From: Minisyncoccia bacterium
GTDB lineage: Bacteria; Patescibacteriota; Minisyncoccia; Phycocordibacterales; UBA918
DNA: 64,000 nucleotides
Direction: 5' to 3'
Assembly: GCA_041736805.1 (NCBI GenBank)
Contig: JBGSSW010000008.1
Location: 2,897 to 66,896 of the forward strand
Every line of letters begins with the position of its first letter. The stretch's first letter is position 1. A program made the translations under genes and the position numbers. Shown piece by piece: positions 17,470 through 27,794 of the stretch. The notes beneath the pieces were generated by a model. The model had not been told where the DNA came from, did no database searches, and saw only the letters and a program-made list of their open reading frames with translations.

Positions 17470-18282
17470 TTAATCAGTGGCTTTCCTAAAATAAGATTGG
17501 TCACTAAAAACATCATCACCAATTTTTACATTGTGAGTGTTAGCGAAGCTGTGTCTCTGGGACATGAGTTCAATGAAACGAGTGTCACTAATGCCTGAAC
17601 TACCATGAACCAAGCCAACTTCTCCGTCAGGTAAATTACGCAATTGTTCAAAGTATGACAAACCACCAAAGTGCGTTTGAGTAAAACTATCTAGATTGAT
17701 ATCTTCAGTCAGTAGGGTGGTTTTACAATTACCGAAATTATCAATATGCCAAATCGCTTTGGGTAAGTCTGGAATATTATCTAGGCTGTAATCTGTACTG
17801 GGTAGAGTGTTTCCTAAGGCCATAAAGACACTTGCCCTGGGAATAAAATCAAAACTACGGAATTGAGTAGTGGGTATTTGCTTGGCGGCGACTTCATCTA
17901 TAAAACCGGCTGCTAGCATTGTCTCGGCTGAGGTGTGAGTATCGAGAAGAGAGAAGTTTTTTAAGATACCAAGCTTTTTTACAGCCGATAAAACATAGCC
18001 GTCCACACTCGCTACGACCAAGGTTTCTCCGTATTTAAAATAGCCAAAAGGGGTACCATTCTCCCATTTAATGGTGTGGCCACCACGAGGAGCTACATTT
18101 ACCAGTACTAGCCCTGTACGGCCTTCGGTGGCGTCTAGAACGTCGACTAGCTGCATACTAGCCTCTAAGTCACTTTCGACACCGATAAAAGAAAGACCAG
18201 TTTCTAAGAGGGAAGCAATACGGCTTTCTTGTCGCCCACGAGCGTTGTCATCTTTGCAATCGTTGATAATAGTAGTAAACAT
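17470..18282 (-). CDS. SAM hydroxide adenosyltransferase/chlorinase-fluorinase family (DUF62)
   Basis: LVLVNVAPR and IWHIDNFGNCKT motifs. Confidence 0.75.
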   Translation of the reverse strand: MFTTIINDCKDDNARGRQESRIASLLETGLSFIGVESDLEASMQLVDVLDATEGRTGLVLVNVAPRGGHTIKWENGTPFGYFKYGETLVVASVDGYVLSAVKKLGILKNFSLLDTHTSAETMLAAGFIDEVAAKQIPTTQFRSFDFIPRASVFMALGNTLPSTDYSLDNIPDLPKAIWHIDNFGNCKTTLLTEDINLDSFTQTHFGGLSYFEQLRNLPDGEVGLVHGSSGISDTRFIELMSQRHSFANTHNVKIGDDVFSDQSYFRKATD

Positions 18283-18372
18283 ATAATTTTTTTTAATATT
18301 TAGATTTTTGCATGTTAGCAATTAGGGAGGGGAAAAGCAAACAAAGTAAAAGCCCCATGGCTGTAGGAGCTT

Positions 18373-18420
18373 TTACCAATTGTGATGGGAAATAGCGAGG
18401 AACGCCTTGTATTTCCACAT
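18373..18420 (-). CDS. 15-aa SD-led peptide MWKYKAFLAISHHNW
   Basis: GGAGGT SD (18431-18436, minus strand), TGTTATTAT -10 box upstream, terminator hairpin overlapping the stop. Confidence 0.45.
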   Translation of the reverse strand: MWKYKAFLAISHHNW

Positions 18421-18591
18421 AGCGTTTATTACCTCCGCTACTTAAATATAATAACACAAGAATTATTACCTTGCTTGTGGATAGGTGTAAATATTTCGGT
18501 AAGTTGTACAGGAATGTATTATGGTAAATGAATATTGATGGGTAAATAAAAATGCCGCCTCCTGAAAGGAGGCGGCATTTTTATTTAGAAA

Positions 18592-18864
18592 TTATTTTAC
18601 GGCGTCCTTAAGTGCCTTAGCAGCTCGGAACTTCGGTACTCTCATCGCTGGAACAACAACAGTTTCTCCAGTACGAGGATTTCGAGCATCTCGCTTTGCC
18701 CGCATCTTTGCTTCGAAAATTCCAAAGCCAGCAATTGAGACTGCGTCTCCATCCTTCATTGTAGCTTCAATACTTCCAAACACTGCGTCAACTGCTCGTT
18801 CAGCATCTGCTTTAGTTGAACCTAGTACTTCGTGCACCTTACTGATGATATCTGCTTTATTCAT
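18592..18864 (-). CDS. hup: DNA-binding protein HU
   Basis: MNKADII...IAGFGIF...ARNPRTGE...VPKFRAAKALKDAVK. Confidence 0.97.
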   Translation of the reverse strand: MNKADIISKVHEVLGSTKADAERAVDAVFGSIEATMKDGDAVSIAGFGIFEAKMRAKRDARNPRTGETVVVPAMRVPKFRAAKALKDAVK

Positions 18865-19065
18865 AGATTTAGAAACTTATGGTCTAAGAGTGATAATGTG
18901 TGGTGAGTGATATTTCAGACACCTTGCCGTTAAAAATGGCTTACGCACATTATATATCAACGTATCAGAGCTGCAACGACTTCCATTTCATTTATTTTAT
19001 GTTGTAATGTTATTAGCTCTTTTTCAATAACAAAAAATGCTAGACAATTTGTCTAGCATTTTTTG

Positions 19066-20589
19066 TTATCTGGCGTAACTGACAACACGAGTTTCCCTAA
19101 TCACGTGGACTTTAATTTCCCCAGGATAGCGCAGTTTAGCTTCAATTGTAGTAGCAATAGTTCTAGCTAAAGTGTGGCTTTCTAGGTCCGTTAAAGTTTC
19201 TGGATTTACCAAAACTCGAATTTCTCTACCAGCTGCAATAGCGAAAGCTTTATCTACACCATCAAGAGTCGTAGCGATGGCTTCAAGATCAGTTAAACGT
19301 TTAATGTAGTTTTCGATTGAATCACGTCTAGCCCCCGGTCTTCCTCCTGAAATGGCATCAACCACTTGAACAATGATTGATTCTGGCGTTTCATAAGGAT
19401 ATTCTTCATGGTGAGCACGCATGGCTAAAATTACCTTTTGATCTACACCGTATTTTTCTAAGATTCGAATACCAATCTCCACGTGAGTCCCGGCTACCTC
19501 ATGGCTAACTGTTTTTCCAATATCGTGAAGTAAGGCTCCGGCTCTAGCGACAGCGACATCAGCGCCTACTTCTTCAGCAATGATGGCAGCCATGTGAGCC
19601 ATTTCTACAGAGTGCCAGAGAACATTTTGACCATAACTAGTTCGGAAATGTAGACGGCCCAGAATCATGATTAAGTCTGGATGAAGATTTGGTACATTAG
19701 CATCATAGGCCGCTTTCTCGCCCATTTTACGGACGGTCCCGGCTACTTCTTTACGGGCCAAATCAACCGCCTCTTCAATCTTGGCTGGTTGGATACGGCC
19801 ATCTTTGAGTAGAGCTTCAAGTGCCACTTTAGCAATTTCACGACGAATAGGGTCGAAAGAAGAAAGAACAATATAACCTGGTGTTTCATCAATCAAGACG
19901 TCTACACCAGTCGCTCTTTCAAAAGCTCTAACGTTTCTTCCTTCTTTTCCGATGACCTTACCCTTGAGGTCGTCGCTCGGTATTTCGACATGAGCTGTCA
20001 TGACATTAGAGGGGACATTGTTGCCTACACGGTGGATAGCGGCTAGTAAAATATTTTGCGCTTTTTCTTCGTAGGCTTCTGAACTAGTTCTGTCTAATTT
20101 TTCTAAACGAGCTCTTAGGTCGTCTGAGTATTCAACTTCAACTTTTGCTACCAACTGTTCCAGAGCTTGTTCTTTTGATAGTCCAGCTACTTCAGCTACC
20201 TTTTTTTCTATATCATTTTTTCTTTCATCAAGTTGAGACTTGATTGATTTAACTTCATTGATTTTATCCTGAACCAGTTCTTTTTGAGAATCTAGGTCTA
20301 TCTGTCTGCCATCAAGAAGCTCCTCTCTTTTTAGGAGGTGGGTTTCTTTTTGTGATAGCTTTTCTTCCAAACTTTTTCTTTCTGTCTTTGCTTCATGCAA
20401 GGTAGCAGCAGCTTTTTCTTCAGCTTTTTCAAGTATATCTATAATTTTCTTTTCGGCCGCGACCTCTCTTTCTTTAATATCAAGTTCTAGAGAGCGTTTC
20501 TTTGAGAGGGCGTGTAGATATCTAAAATAGTATCCAATAGCTGCACCAAGCACGAGCATTGCCAGAGCAATAACTAGTGATGGGGGCAT
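19066..20589 (-). CDS. rny: Ribonuclease Y
   Basis: N-terminal TM, coiled coil, KH (KGKVIGKEGRN), HD (LLHDIGK), RPGARR. Confidence 0.97.
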   Translation of the reverse strand: MPPSLVIALAMLVLGAAIGYYFRYLHALSKKRSLELDIKEREVAAEKKIIDILEKAEEKAAATLHEAKTERKSLEEKLSQKETHLLKREELLDGRQIDLDSQKELVQDKINEVKSIKSQLDERKNDIEKKVAEVAGLSKEQALEQLVAKVEVEYSDDLRARLEKLDRTSSEAYEEKAQNILLAAIHRVGNNVPSNVMTAHVEIPSDDLKGKVIGKEGRNVRAFERATGVDVLIDETPGYIVLSSFDPIRREIAKVALEALLKDGRIQPAKIEEAVDLARKEVAGTVRKMGEKAAYDANVPNLHPDLIMILGRLHFRTSYGQNVLWHSVEMAHMAAIIAEEVGADVAVARAGALLHDIGKTVSHEVAGTHVEIGIRILEKYGVDQKVILAMRAHHEEYPYETPESIIVQVVDAISGGRPGARRDSIENYIKRLTDLEAIATTLDGVDKAFAIAAGREIRVLVNPETLTDLESHTLARTIATTIEAKLRYPGEIKVHVIRETRVVSYAR

Positions 20590-20739
20590 AATTCTTCAAT
20601 CTAACAATTACTAAATGGTTCATCGTGATTAGTTCAGTCATAACAGTATCAATCATCTTCGCGTACCATACCAGAAGTATAGCAGGAAGTAAAACAGCCG
20701 GCACGCATAGCGTGCCGGCTGTTTTACTTCACCCAAATC

Positions 20740-21345
20740 CTATTTATAAATCTTGTCGACAATCCCGTAAGTTACAGCTTCTTCGGCATCCATAAAGAAA
20801 TCACGGTCAACGTCTTGCTCAATCTTGGCTAGCTTTTGCCCGGTCGCTTTGGCGAGCATTTTATTTAACTTATCGCGAGTCTTGATGATGTGCTTGGCAG
20901 TAATATCGATATCGGAAGCTTGCCCGTACGCTCCACCAGAGGGTTGGTGAATCATTACTTCAGCGTTTGGCAGCATAAATCTTTTACCTTTAGCTCCTTG
21001 AGAAAGAATCAGGGAACCCATTGATGCCGCCATCCCAACACACACAGTCGCTACATCAGGCTTGATGTGATACATGGTATCGATAATAGACAAACCAGCC
21101 GTAACACTTCCCCCGGGAGAATTAACATAAATATAGATATCTTTCTTCGGGTCTTCTGATTCGAGGAAAAGTAACTGGGCTACTACTAAGTTGGCCATGT
21201 GGTCTTCAATACCACCAGTAATAAAGATGATGCGTTCCTTAAGCAGGCGAGAGAAGATGTCGTAAGCCCGTTCACCACCGAGGGTCTTTTCAATTACCAT
21301 GGGCACCATATAGTTGCTGATTTGTTCAGATTCTTTATTTGACAT
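20740..21345 (-). CDS. clpP: ATP-dependent Clp protease proteolytic subunit
   Basis: [30 protein letters not shown]. Confidence 0.97.
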   Translation of the reverse strand: MSNKESEQISNYMVPMVIEKTLGGERAYDIFSRLLKERIIFITGGIEDHMANLVVAQLLFLESEDPKKDIYIYVNSPGGSVTAGLSIIDTMYHIKPDVATVCVGMAASMGSLILSQGAKGKRFMLPNAEVMIHQPSGGAYGQASDIDITAKHIIKTRDKLNKMLAKATGQKLAKIEQDVDRDFFMDAEEAVTYGIVDKIYK

Positions 21346-21491
21346 ATGCGACAGATAATAGCAGAAAATGTTTCATCTAGCTAGATTAAATAAAACTGCA
21401 CAGAAAGGCTTGAAAATAATGATTTTTAGGTTCATAGTTACTTTTGTGTCCAAACTTTGGGCATTGTTCTTAAATAACCAGGAGAATGTAT

Positions 21492-21689
21492 ATGACTGAA
21501 GAAAGGAAACCATTGGCTTTCATCGGGGAACAGCCAAGAAAGGCGCAGTCGTCTGAACCTTTTGCCAGGCGTACTTATCAAGGTGGCCCTTGTCCCAAGT
21601 GTGAAGGAAGGTTGAGCTTGGTGTCTCTTTCTGGTCCTAGACTTCAGTGCCCGGGTGGACAACACAAATGGGACCCAGAGGTCACTTAG
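21492..21689 (+). CDS. SD-led small zinc-ribbon-like ORFan
   Basis: CPKC...CPGGQH; AGGAG 21480-21484; hairpin plus TGTTCTTAAATAA leader; terminator 21707-21737. Confidence 0.6.
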   Translation: MTEERKPLAFIGEQPRKAQSSEPFARRTYQGGPCPKCEGRLSLVSLSGPRLQCPGGQHKWDPEVT

Positions 21690-21756
21690 GTCTAATTCGA
21701 TAGCCAAAGCCCCGTTGCACGAAGTGCAACGGGGCTTAAAACTTTTTTATAGATCC

Positions 21757-22905
21757 TTACTTCACCTCCTCGAGCATTTTCATCACGGCTTCGTTGGTGA
21801 GTACAGAAGCCACGTAAGTATGGACCCGCATTTCATCAGCGTCTTTATAGTGATTGAGTAACTCCTTTACTTGTTCTTCAACGGCCTTCTCATCGGCTAC
21901 TATTTTTTCAAGCTTGGAAATCTCATTAAGGATCAGTTGTAGCTTGGCACGTTTTTCAGCACTTGGTGACCAGTCAGCCTTTAGGTCATCTTTAGTTTTC
22001 TTAATGTGCTTGAGATAATCTTCCATCTTTAGGTTTGCCCGCTGCAAATCTTCTTCCATTTGAGCAAACATTTGATTAAGCTCTGAATCAATCAAAACCT
22101 GTGGCAGTTCAATCGTACTACCGTCAATAATGGCGTCAGTGATTTTGGCTCGGTGATTAGCAATAACATCACGCTTCTTTTCAATTTCTAGGTGTTCCCG
22201 CAGCATGGTCTTAAACTGGTCGACAGTTTCAAATTGCCCTGGTTGACCAAGTCCTTTTACCACTTCATCAGTTAGTTCTGGAATTTCAATCTTTTCTTCT
22301 TTTTCAACTTCCTTGTCTATTGTCTCTGGCTTTGAGTCACCATCAATTTCTACTGGAGCAGTAGCTTTCTTTTGTAGTTTTTCGTAGGCGATTTTCTGTC
22401 TTAAGATGTCATTAATTTTTTCAGTCAGTTCTTCTTCTGTCACTTCCTCGGAAGGTTTGTCTTTGTTTATTTTTTTAGCTACTTCTTTGTATTCAGCTAG
22501 TGTGACAGGAGGAATGACAGCCACGGTAGCGGTAAAAGCGAGGGGATTATTGGGAGCGATTTTAGTCAGCTCAATTTTAGGGTAACCGATAGCGTCTATC
22601 GCGTGAGCTTCTAATATATGTGGGTACATGTGAGCAATTGAACGTTCCGCCATTTCAGCCAAAATAGCCATTTCACCGATGTGTTTTTCTAGTACTGATT
22701 CAGGAATATGACCTTTACGGAAACCGTCTAGTTCGACATTAGCTCCCAGAGCTTTAATGGCAGAGGCTCTTTCGTGCAAGAGTTCGGCATAAGGAATTTC
22801 GCCAGTAATTTTTACTTGTGATTTTTCTTCTTTAGTAACAGTAAAAGCCTTTTTAAAATCAATATCATGGGCATGATGATTGTGGTTGTGTGAATGTTTA
22901 GACAT
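21757..22905 (-). CDS. tig: Trigger factor, apparently lacking the FKBP domain, with a His-rich N-terminus
   Basis: LDGFRKGHIP ribosome-binding motif and C-terminal SurA-like region; adjacent to clpP. Confidence 0.9.
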   Translation of the reverse strand: MSKHSHNHNHHAHDIDFKKAFTVTKEEKSQVKITGEIPYAELLHERASAIKALGANVELDGFRKGHIPESVLEKHIGEMAILAEMAERSIAHMYPHILEAHAIDAIGYPKIELTKIAPNNPLAFTATVAVIPPVTLAEYKEVAKKINKDKPSEEVTEEELTEKINDILRQKIAYEKLQKKATAPVEIDGDSKPETIDKEVEKEEKIEIPELTDEVVKGLGQPGQFETVDQFKTMLREHLEIEKKRDVIANHRAKITDAIIDGSTIELPQVLIDSELNQMFAQMEEDLQRANLKMEDYLKHIKKTKDDLKADWSPSAEKRAKLQLILNEISKLEKIVADEKAVEEQVKELLNHYKDADEMRVHTYVASVLTNEAVMKMLEEVK

Positions 22906-23069
22906 AGTACGGGCTAGTGTACGTAAATATAAAAGATTTGCAACCAGATTGTAAAAATTAGGTTGTGTTGCAAAACGATAAGTTTTTGTTAATCTAGATT
23001 TTAGAAGTCAGAGTCCTTGCCGTGGTGGTAAGTGCTAGATGGCTTGTCCTTGTGTATTGGAGAATTGCT

Positions 23070-23507
23070 ATGGTATCCCCGAAAGTGAAGTTCCATCTCT
23101 ACGACTTTTCTGGCCTAGCCATGTTGGATGAAAGGCTGAGGGCTGTCACGGCAGAGCAAATTGCTGCTCTTGAACCCCTAGGCTCAAACTTGCCAAGCAA
23201 TGCCATTGTGTTGGGTTACGTTCCTGAACCGCTCAAGGCTTTGATGGTGTTGAACGATGAGTTCGGGGATATGTACTATCCCATTCTCGAATTCGAACTC
23301 AGGCGTACTTTTCCAAACCTGAAGCAGGTTTCGACGGTCAGTTTCGGGCCGAACTTCGAAGTTTTCTACCTTCCCAAACAATCAACTGCCGAGAAGTTGG
23401 ACATCGATTTGGGTGAAGCGTACCCACGGGAGATTAGGCCGCTAGCCTTCGATGAGGCACATGCGGTCGGGCATGGTGACCTTGTCTTCTTAAGTCGGCG
23501 GAAGTAG
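23070..23507 (+). CDS. SD-led ORFan, 145 aa
   Basis: GGAG 23059-23062; TTGCAA...TAATCT promoter; terminator about 23528-23553. Confidence 0.6.
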   Translation: MVSPKVKFHLYDFSGLAMLDERLRAVTAEQIAALEPLGSNLPSNAIVLGYVPEPLKALMVLNDEFGDMYYPILEFELRRTFPNLKQVSTVSFGPNFEVFYLPKQSTAEKLDIDLGEAYPREIRPLAFDEAHAVGHGDLVFLSRRK

Positions 23508-23620
23508 GATAATTGCAACAAGATGAAAAAAGCCGACGCCTGCGCCGGCTTTTGCTTTGGTGTTGAAGTAATAAAAGGCTGGGCAGACCGAAGGTCTGCC
23601 CAGCCTTTTAGATTATGTAC

Positions 23621-24013
23621 TTACTGAGTTGAAGCTTCTAATTCGGCATCAATTTGATTTAATTCTGTTTCTAAGTTGTTCAAGTCAGTACTTTCCAAAT
23701 CTGCTTCAATGGCTTCAATTTCATCAGATGTGCTAATGACAGTGAAACTTTCAGTTTGAGCAGTGGCCGTAGTGGTCTCAGGTTCTTTATTTACTTCAAG
23801 CGTCGGGCGGGTCGTTGTCTCTATTGGTTGAGGGATAACGGAAGCTATTTTGTACCAGTAGTAGAGCCCGGCCATGATTAGGATTAAAATAATAAAAAGA
23901 ATTATAACCACTGTTCCATTTACCTCTTTTCGAGGTTGGGAATCTTTAATAGGATTATTTGTCTGAGTCGGCAACTTCATTTCTTCACCTTCAAAATTTG
24001 GTTCGTTAGTCAT
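23621..24013 (-). CDS. Hypothetical single-TM protein
   Basis: TM helix plus acidic SDEIEAIEADL C-terminus. Confidence 0.75.
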   Translation of the reverse strand: MTNEPNFEGEEMKLPTQTNNPIKDSQPRKEVNGTVVIILFIILILIMAGLYYWYKIASVIPQPIETTTRPTLEVNKEPETTTATAQTESFTVISTSDEIEAIEADLESTDLNNLETELNQIDAELEASTQ

Positions 24014-24038
24014 GATAAATAGATTTATTTTTTAATTT

Positions 24039-24854
24039 TTATTCATTAGTACGAAGGGAATTTTCTTCGGTGGTAGTTGCGCTGGAGTCGGCTCGTACTC
24101 TGGATTCAACCAAGGCCGTTTTTAAAAGTGACAAGGTTTCTCTAAGCGCTTGGTGACAAGAGCGGATTAATTTTCCAGTTTCTTGGTATGTTGCTCTCAC
24201 CTTTTCCCATCTAGAGATTGGCTCTGTAGAGGTCGTCGCGTCACTAACTTGTTTATCTATATTTACTAAACTAGCTCTAGCGGTAGACAGAAATTGGGCC
24301 GCTTCGCGCAATTTTGATTCAGCCGCTTCGGTATCGATACCGTTTTTCTTTAGTTTAATAATACGTTCTTCTAGCCTGCTGATGATATTAAATAATCTTT
24401 CAATAGCCGCTTCCATGCGATTGCTAATGTTGGCGGATAGATTCAGAACTCGTTGCTGTCTTAATTTATCTAATTCAACTTGTCTGTCGACTCGGAGAGT
24501 TGTTCTGGCTTCAGTACTAGAAGCTCTAGCCTCTTGTCTTTCTTCTATTACTTCAGCACGATTTTCCTGACGTTGTCCGGTGCTTGAAGCTCTGTCTTCT
24601 TGTCTCTCTTCTAAATTATTTCGTCTCTCTTCAAGTACTCTCTCCATTTCCCCACGCCCATCTCTTGGAGTTGAACTTGAAGCATTTTTAACTGGTGTGA
24701 TTGAGGAACCACTTTCTGCATTAGCTTCTTGTAAGTGCTTTGCATTATGTTCTTCCGTATCATCGTGTGCCTTTGCCACAAGAATAGACAAAGAAAAAAC
24801 AACTACTAATAATCCAGCCGTGATAATAATTTTTTTAGAAAGGGTTATATCCAT
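24039..24854 (-). CDS. Secreted coiled-coil hypothetical protein
   Basis: Signal peptide, EERQE..ASST repeats, helical C-terminal half. Confidence 0.75.
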   Translation of the reverse strand: MDITLSKKIIITAGLLVVVFSLSILVAKAHDDTEEHNAKHLQEANAESGSSITPVKNASSSTPRDGRGEMERVLEERRNNLEERQEDRASSTGQRQENRAEVIEERQEARASSTEARTTLRVDRQVELDKLRQQRVLNLSANISNRMEAAIERLFNIISRLEERIIKLKKNGIDTEAAESKLREAAQFLSTARASLVNIDKQVSDATTSTEPISRWEKVRATYQETGKLIRSCHQALRETLSLLKTALVESRVRADSSATTTEENSLRTNE

Positions 24855-24941
24855 GATCTTAATAAATTACTTCTTAATGTACATAGTATAACCCCCACAC
24901 CGAGAATCGGTAAGTGGGGGTTATAAAATTAGTTCTGAGAT

Positions 24942-25466
24942 TTATTTATTTTTGTCGGCTAGGTATACTTCACAGCTTTTGGTAAAAGCCTCTTTGGCTT
25001 CTTTCGCTCCATGCCATTTTCCAATTGTAACTTCTTTGTTTTGAACTTTTTTATAAGTTTCAAAGAAGTGAGACATTTCTTTTTGGAAGTGTGAATTTAA
25101 ATCGCCGATATCTTTGATATCGTCCATCCGAGGATCATCTACTGGGACAGCAATAACCTTGTCGTCTCTATCTCCACCATCAATCATTTCCATAATAGCT
25201 ACCGGACGAGCTTTGACTAAGATTCCTGGGGCAAGCGGATAGGTTGTGATCAAAACTACGTCCAAAGCATCCCCATCATCAAAAAGGGTTTGCGGCACAA
25301 ATCCGTAATCAAATGGGTAGTCTTGTGCCGAATGCATCACTCGGTCTAGCGCAATTATCCCGGTTTCTTTATCAATTTCGTATTTATTCTTTGAAAATTT
25401 TGGAATTTCGACAATCACATTCATTTCTTCAGGTGTCCCGGGGGCGATATCGTGTAGTAGATTCAT
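24942..25466 (-). CDS. ppa: Inorganic pyrophosphatase (family I)
   Basis: VEIPK.SKNKYE, YPFDYG, DGDALDV, HFFETYK. Confidence 0.97.
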   Translation of the reverse strand: MNLLHDIAPGTPEEMNVIVEIPKFSKNKYEIDKETGIIALDRVMHSAQDYPFDYGFVPQTLFDDGDALDVVLITTYPLAPGILVKARPVAIMEMIDGGDRDDKVIAVPVDDPRMDDIKDIGDLNSHFQKEMSHFFETYKKVQNKEVTIGKWHGAKEAKEAFTKSCEVYLADKNK

Positions 25467-25501
25467 AGTCAAATATTATTATTTTATAATAGATAAACCA
25501 A

Positions 25502-26905
25502 TTAACTTTTCTTTTCTTCCACTTCTTCCTCCTCAGCTTCAGCTACCAAGGCCTCTGCTTCTTCTGGAGTATCAATTTCATTTTCTTCTTCATTGTCAGG
25601 GTTTGTATTCCGGTCGTTAGTGGACTCATCTTCGGTTACTAGTTCTGGTTTGGTCGTAGTAGCATCTTCATTTTCTAGTACATCATTGTCACTTCCAACT
25701 GGAGTATCTACGTTAGCTTCAATATCAACGTTTCCATTTTCATCAGCCTCAGCCAAAGGTTCTTTATTTTCAGCAGAAACGATATCAATTTTCCAGCCAG
25801 TTAGTTTGGCGGCGAGGCGAACGTTTTGTCCTCCACGTCCAATGGCTAGAGATTGTTGGTCGGGAGCCACCTCAGCAATAGCATGGCCACGCTCACCAGT
25901 TACTTCATTTGGTTCGGAAACAATCTTTATACCCATGACTTGGGCCGGAGATAGAGAATCCTCAATGAACTCGGCGCTGTTTGGTGACCATTCAATAATA
26001 TCGATTTTTTCACCACCTAGTTCGCTCATTACTGTCGAAACCCTAACCCCTCTTTGTCCAACCAGTGAACCGACAGGATCAATGTGTTGATCATGAGCGT
26101 AAGCAGCAATCTTAGAGCGTGCTCCAGCTTCACGAGCGATAGCCTTTACTTCGACAGTACCACTCTGAAGTTCTGGAGCTTCAATCGCAAAGAGACCAGA
26201 TAGGAAATTAGCATGAGAACGTGATAACTTGAGAAAGATTCCTCGAGGAGTTTCTTCTACAGCAAGTAGAATAGCGCGTATTCTTTCACCTGGTTTATAT
26301 CTTTCACCCGGGATTTGCTCATCATAAGGCATGATAGCTGTTACTCGACCAAGGTCGACATAGAGATTCCCTCGTTCAAAACGCTGGACATGTCCAATGA
26401 CAATATCACCTTCTTTTTGACCAAATTCAGCGAGGGCCGCGTCTTTCTCAGCTTCGCGGATTTTCTGGACAATTACTTGCTTGGCTGTCTGCGCGGCAAT
26501 CCGACCGAAGTCATCTTTGGGTTCAAGTGGGAAGATTAATTCTTCGCCAGCCTGAGCATCCTTTTTAATCATGCGAGCAGTAGTGAGCATGATGTGCTTT
26601 TCCTCATCGAAGCGAACTTTTTTCTCGCCCTCCACTTCTGCTTCTTCGTCTTCTTCAATTTCTTCACCTTCGACGGATTCAGCCTTTAGCATACTTTCAT
26701 CAACCACGATTTTAATTTGGTTGAAATTGGTTGTTCCAGCTGCTAAATCAAATTTGGCGGTGACAATTTGTCCTCGTTTACCAAACTCTTTTTTGTAGGC
26801 AGTCGCTAGCGATTGCTCAATCGCTTCAATCATTTTTTCACGAGGAATACCGCGTTCCTCCTCCATTTCCTGTAGGACTGCATTAATAACTTTTAGGTCA
26901 AACAT
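25502..26905 (-). CDS. nusA: Transcription termination/antitermination factor NusA with acidic tail
   Basis: FGRIAAQTAKQV, S1 and KH domains, AIGRGGQNVRLAAKLTGWKIDI. Confidence 0.97.
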   Translation of the reverse strand: MFDLKVINAVLQEMEEERGIPREKMIEAIEQSLATAYKKEFGKRGQIVTAKFDLAAGTTNFNQIKIVVDESMLKAESVEGEEIEEDEEAEVEGEKKVRFDEEKHIMLTTARMIKKDAQAGEELIFPLEPKDDFGRIAAQTAKQVIVQKIREAEKDAALAEFGQKEGDIVIGHVQRFERGNLYVDLGRVTAIMPYDEQIPGERYKPGERIRAILLAVEETPRGIFLKLSRSHANFLSGLFAIEAPELQSGTVEVKAIAREAGARSKIAAYAHDQHIDPVGSLVGQRGVRVSTVMSELGGEKIDIIEWSPNSAEFIEDSLSPAQVMGIKIVSEPNEVTGERGHAIAEVAPDQQSLAIGRGGQNVRLAAKLTGWKIDIVSAENKEPLAEADENGNVDIEANVDTPVGSDNDVLENEDATTTKPELVTEDESTNDRNTNPDNEEENEIDTPEEAEALVAEAEEEEVEEKKS

Positions 26906-27156
26906 AATAATAATTTAATCTTTTTTAATAAAGTAATTTTTCTCAAATTATCACTGTTATAAAGAAAGCCCGGCACAAGCCGAGCATTCAAACAGTCCCA
27001 ATACTATATATAGAAGAAAAGGAAATGTAAAGTCTTTATCTAATAGTTAGCGCTTATTGTTTTTGACAATAGTTTATTTGTAAGGCTATATTAAATATAA
27101 ACTCACGTTGAGTTTAGTTCTTATTAACGTTCAGCAACTTTTCTAGGAGGGAAACG

Positions 27157-27588
27157 ATGAGCTCTAATGTTTTCCAGGTTAACTTTTACAGTAAACCAGC
27201 CGAAGCTACTGAAAATCTCAATCAAAAACACATTGATTTGATTGAAATGGTGCTTAGTCTTTTAAAACAGGGCTTTAAGAGGGTTGATATAGGTCAAAAA
27301 ATTGGTTTGACGCATTGGCAGGTGGGAAATTACATCAGGCTGGGCAAGCTTGATCCAAAGGTAATGAAAATGCTCCAAACCGAAATCGGCGGCCGGCGCA
27401 GTAAAAAAGATAGGGAATTCAAGCGAAAAACCCTTATCTCATTCAGAATGGCTATAGAAATTGCCAGACTGAGAGCCGAGGAGCAGTTTCCTTTTGCTCA
27501 GATGTTAGTGGAAAAAAGACTAGGAAATGTATCCGCTCGCGTCTTAGTGAATGAAAAGTTAAACACAATAAAGAACCTAGCAATCTGA
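27157..27588 (+). CDS. SD-led ParB/Spo0J-like HTH-only protein
   Basis: IGQKIGLTHWQVGNYIRLGKLDPKV...ISFRMAIEIARL resembles the ParB central HTH; AGGAGG 27145-27150; TTGACA promoter at 27063. Confidence 0.6.
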   Translation: MSSNVFQVNFYSKPAEATENLNQKHIDLIEMVLSLLKQGFKRVDIGQKIGLTHWQVGNYIRLGKLDPKVMKMLQTEIGGRRSKKDREFKRKTLISFRMAIEIARLRAEEQFPFAQMLVEKRLGNVSARVLVNEKLNTIKNLAI

Positions 27589-27794
27589 ATTGATTGACCC
27601 TCTTGAATTAAGGTTAATTTTGGTTCAGATGGCACAGTGGTAACCCCACAACGTTATTTATGCTTGAGCATGAAAGACGTTGTGGGGATTCTTCGTTTTG
27701 TAAAAAAATAATTGTGGGAATTAGTTAGGACTTGTTGTTTGCAATGATGATACAATATAAACAAGTAGCTCTTATTAGCTCATTTGGAATTGTT

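Noticed and set aside
25593-26798. Antisense ORFs over nusA, and likewise over fusA, tuf, pilB, pgk and recJ
   Set aside because: Shadow frames of well-supported genes with no independent signals.
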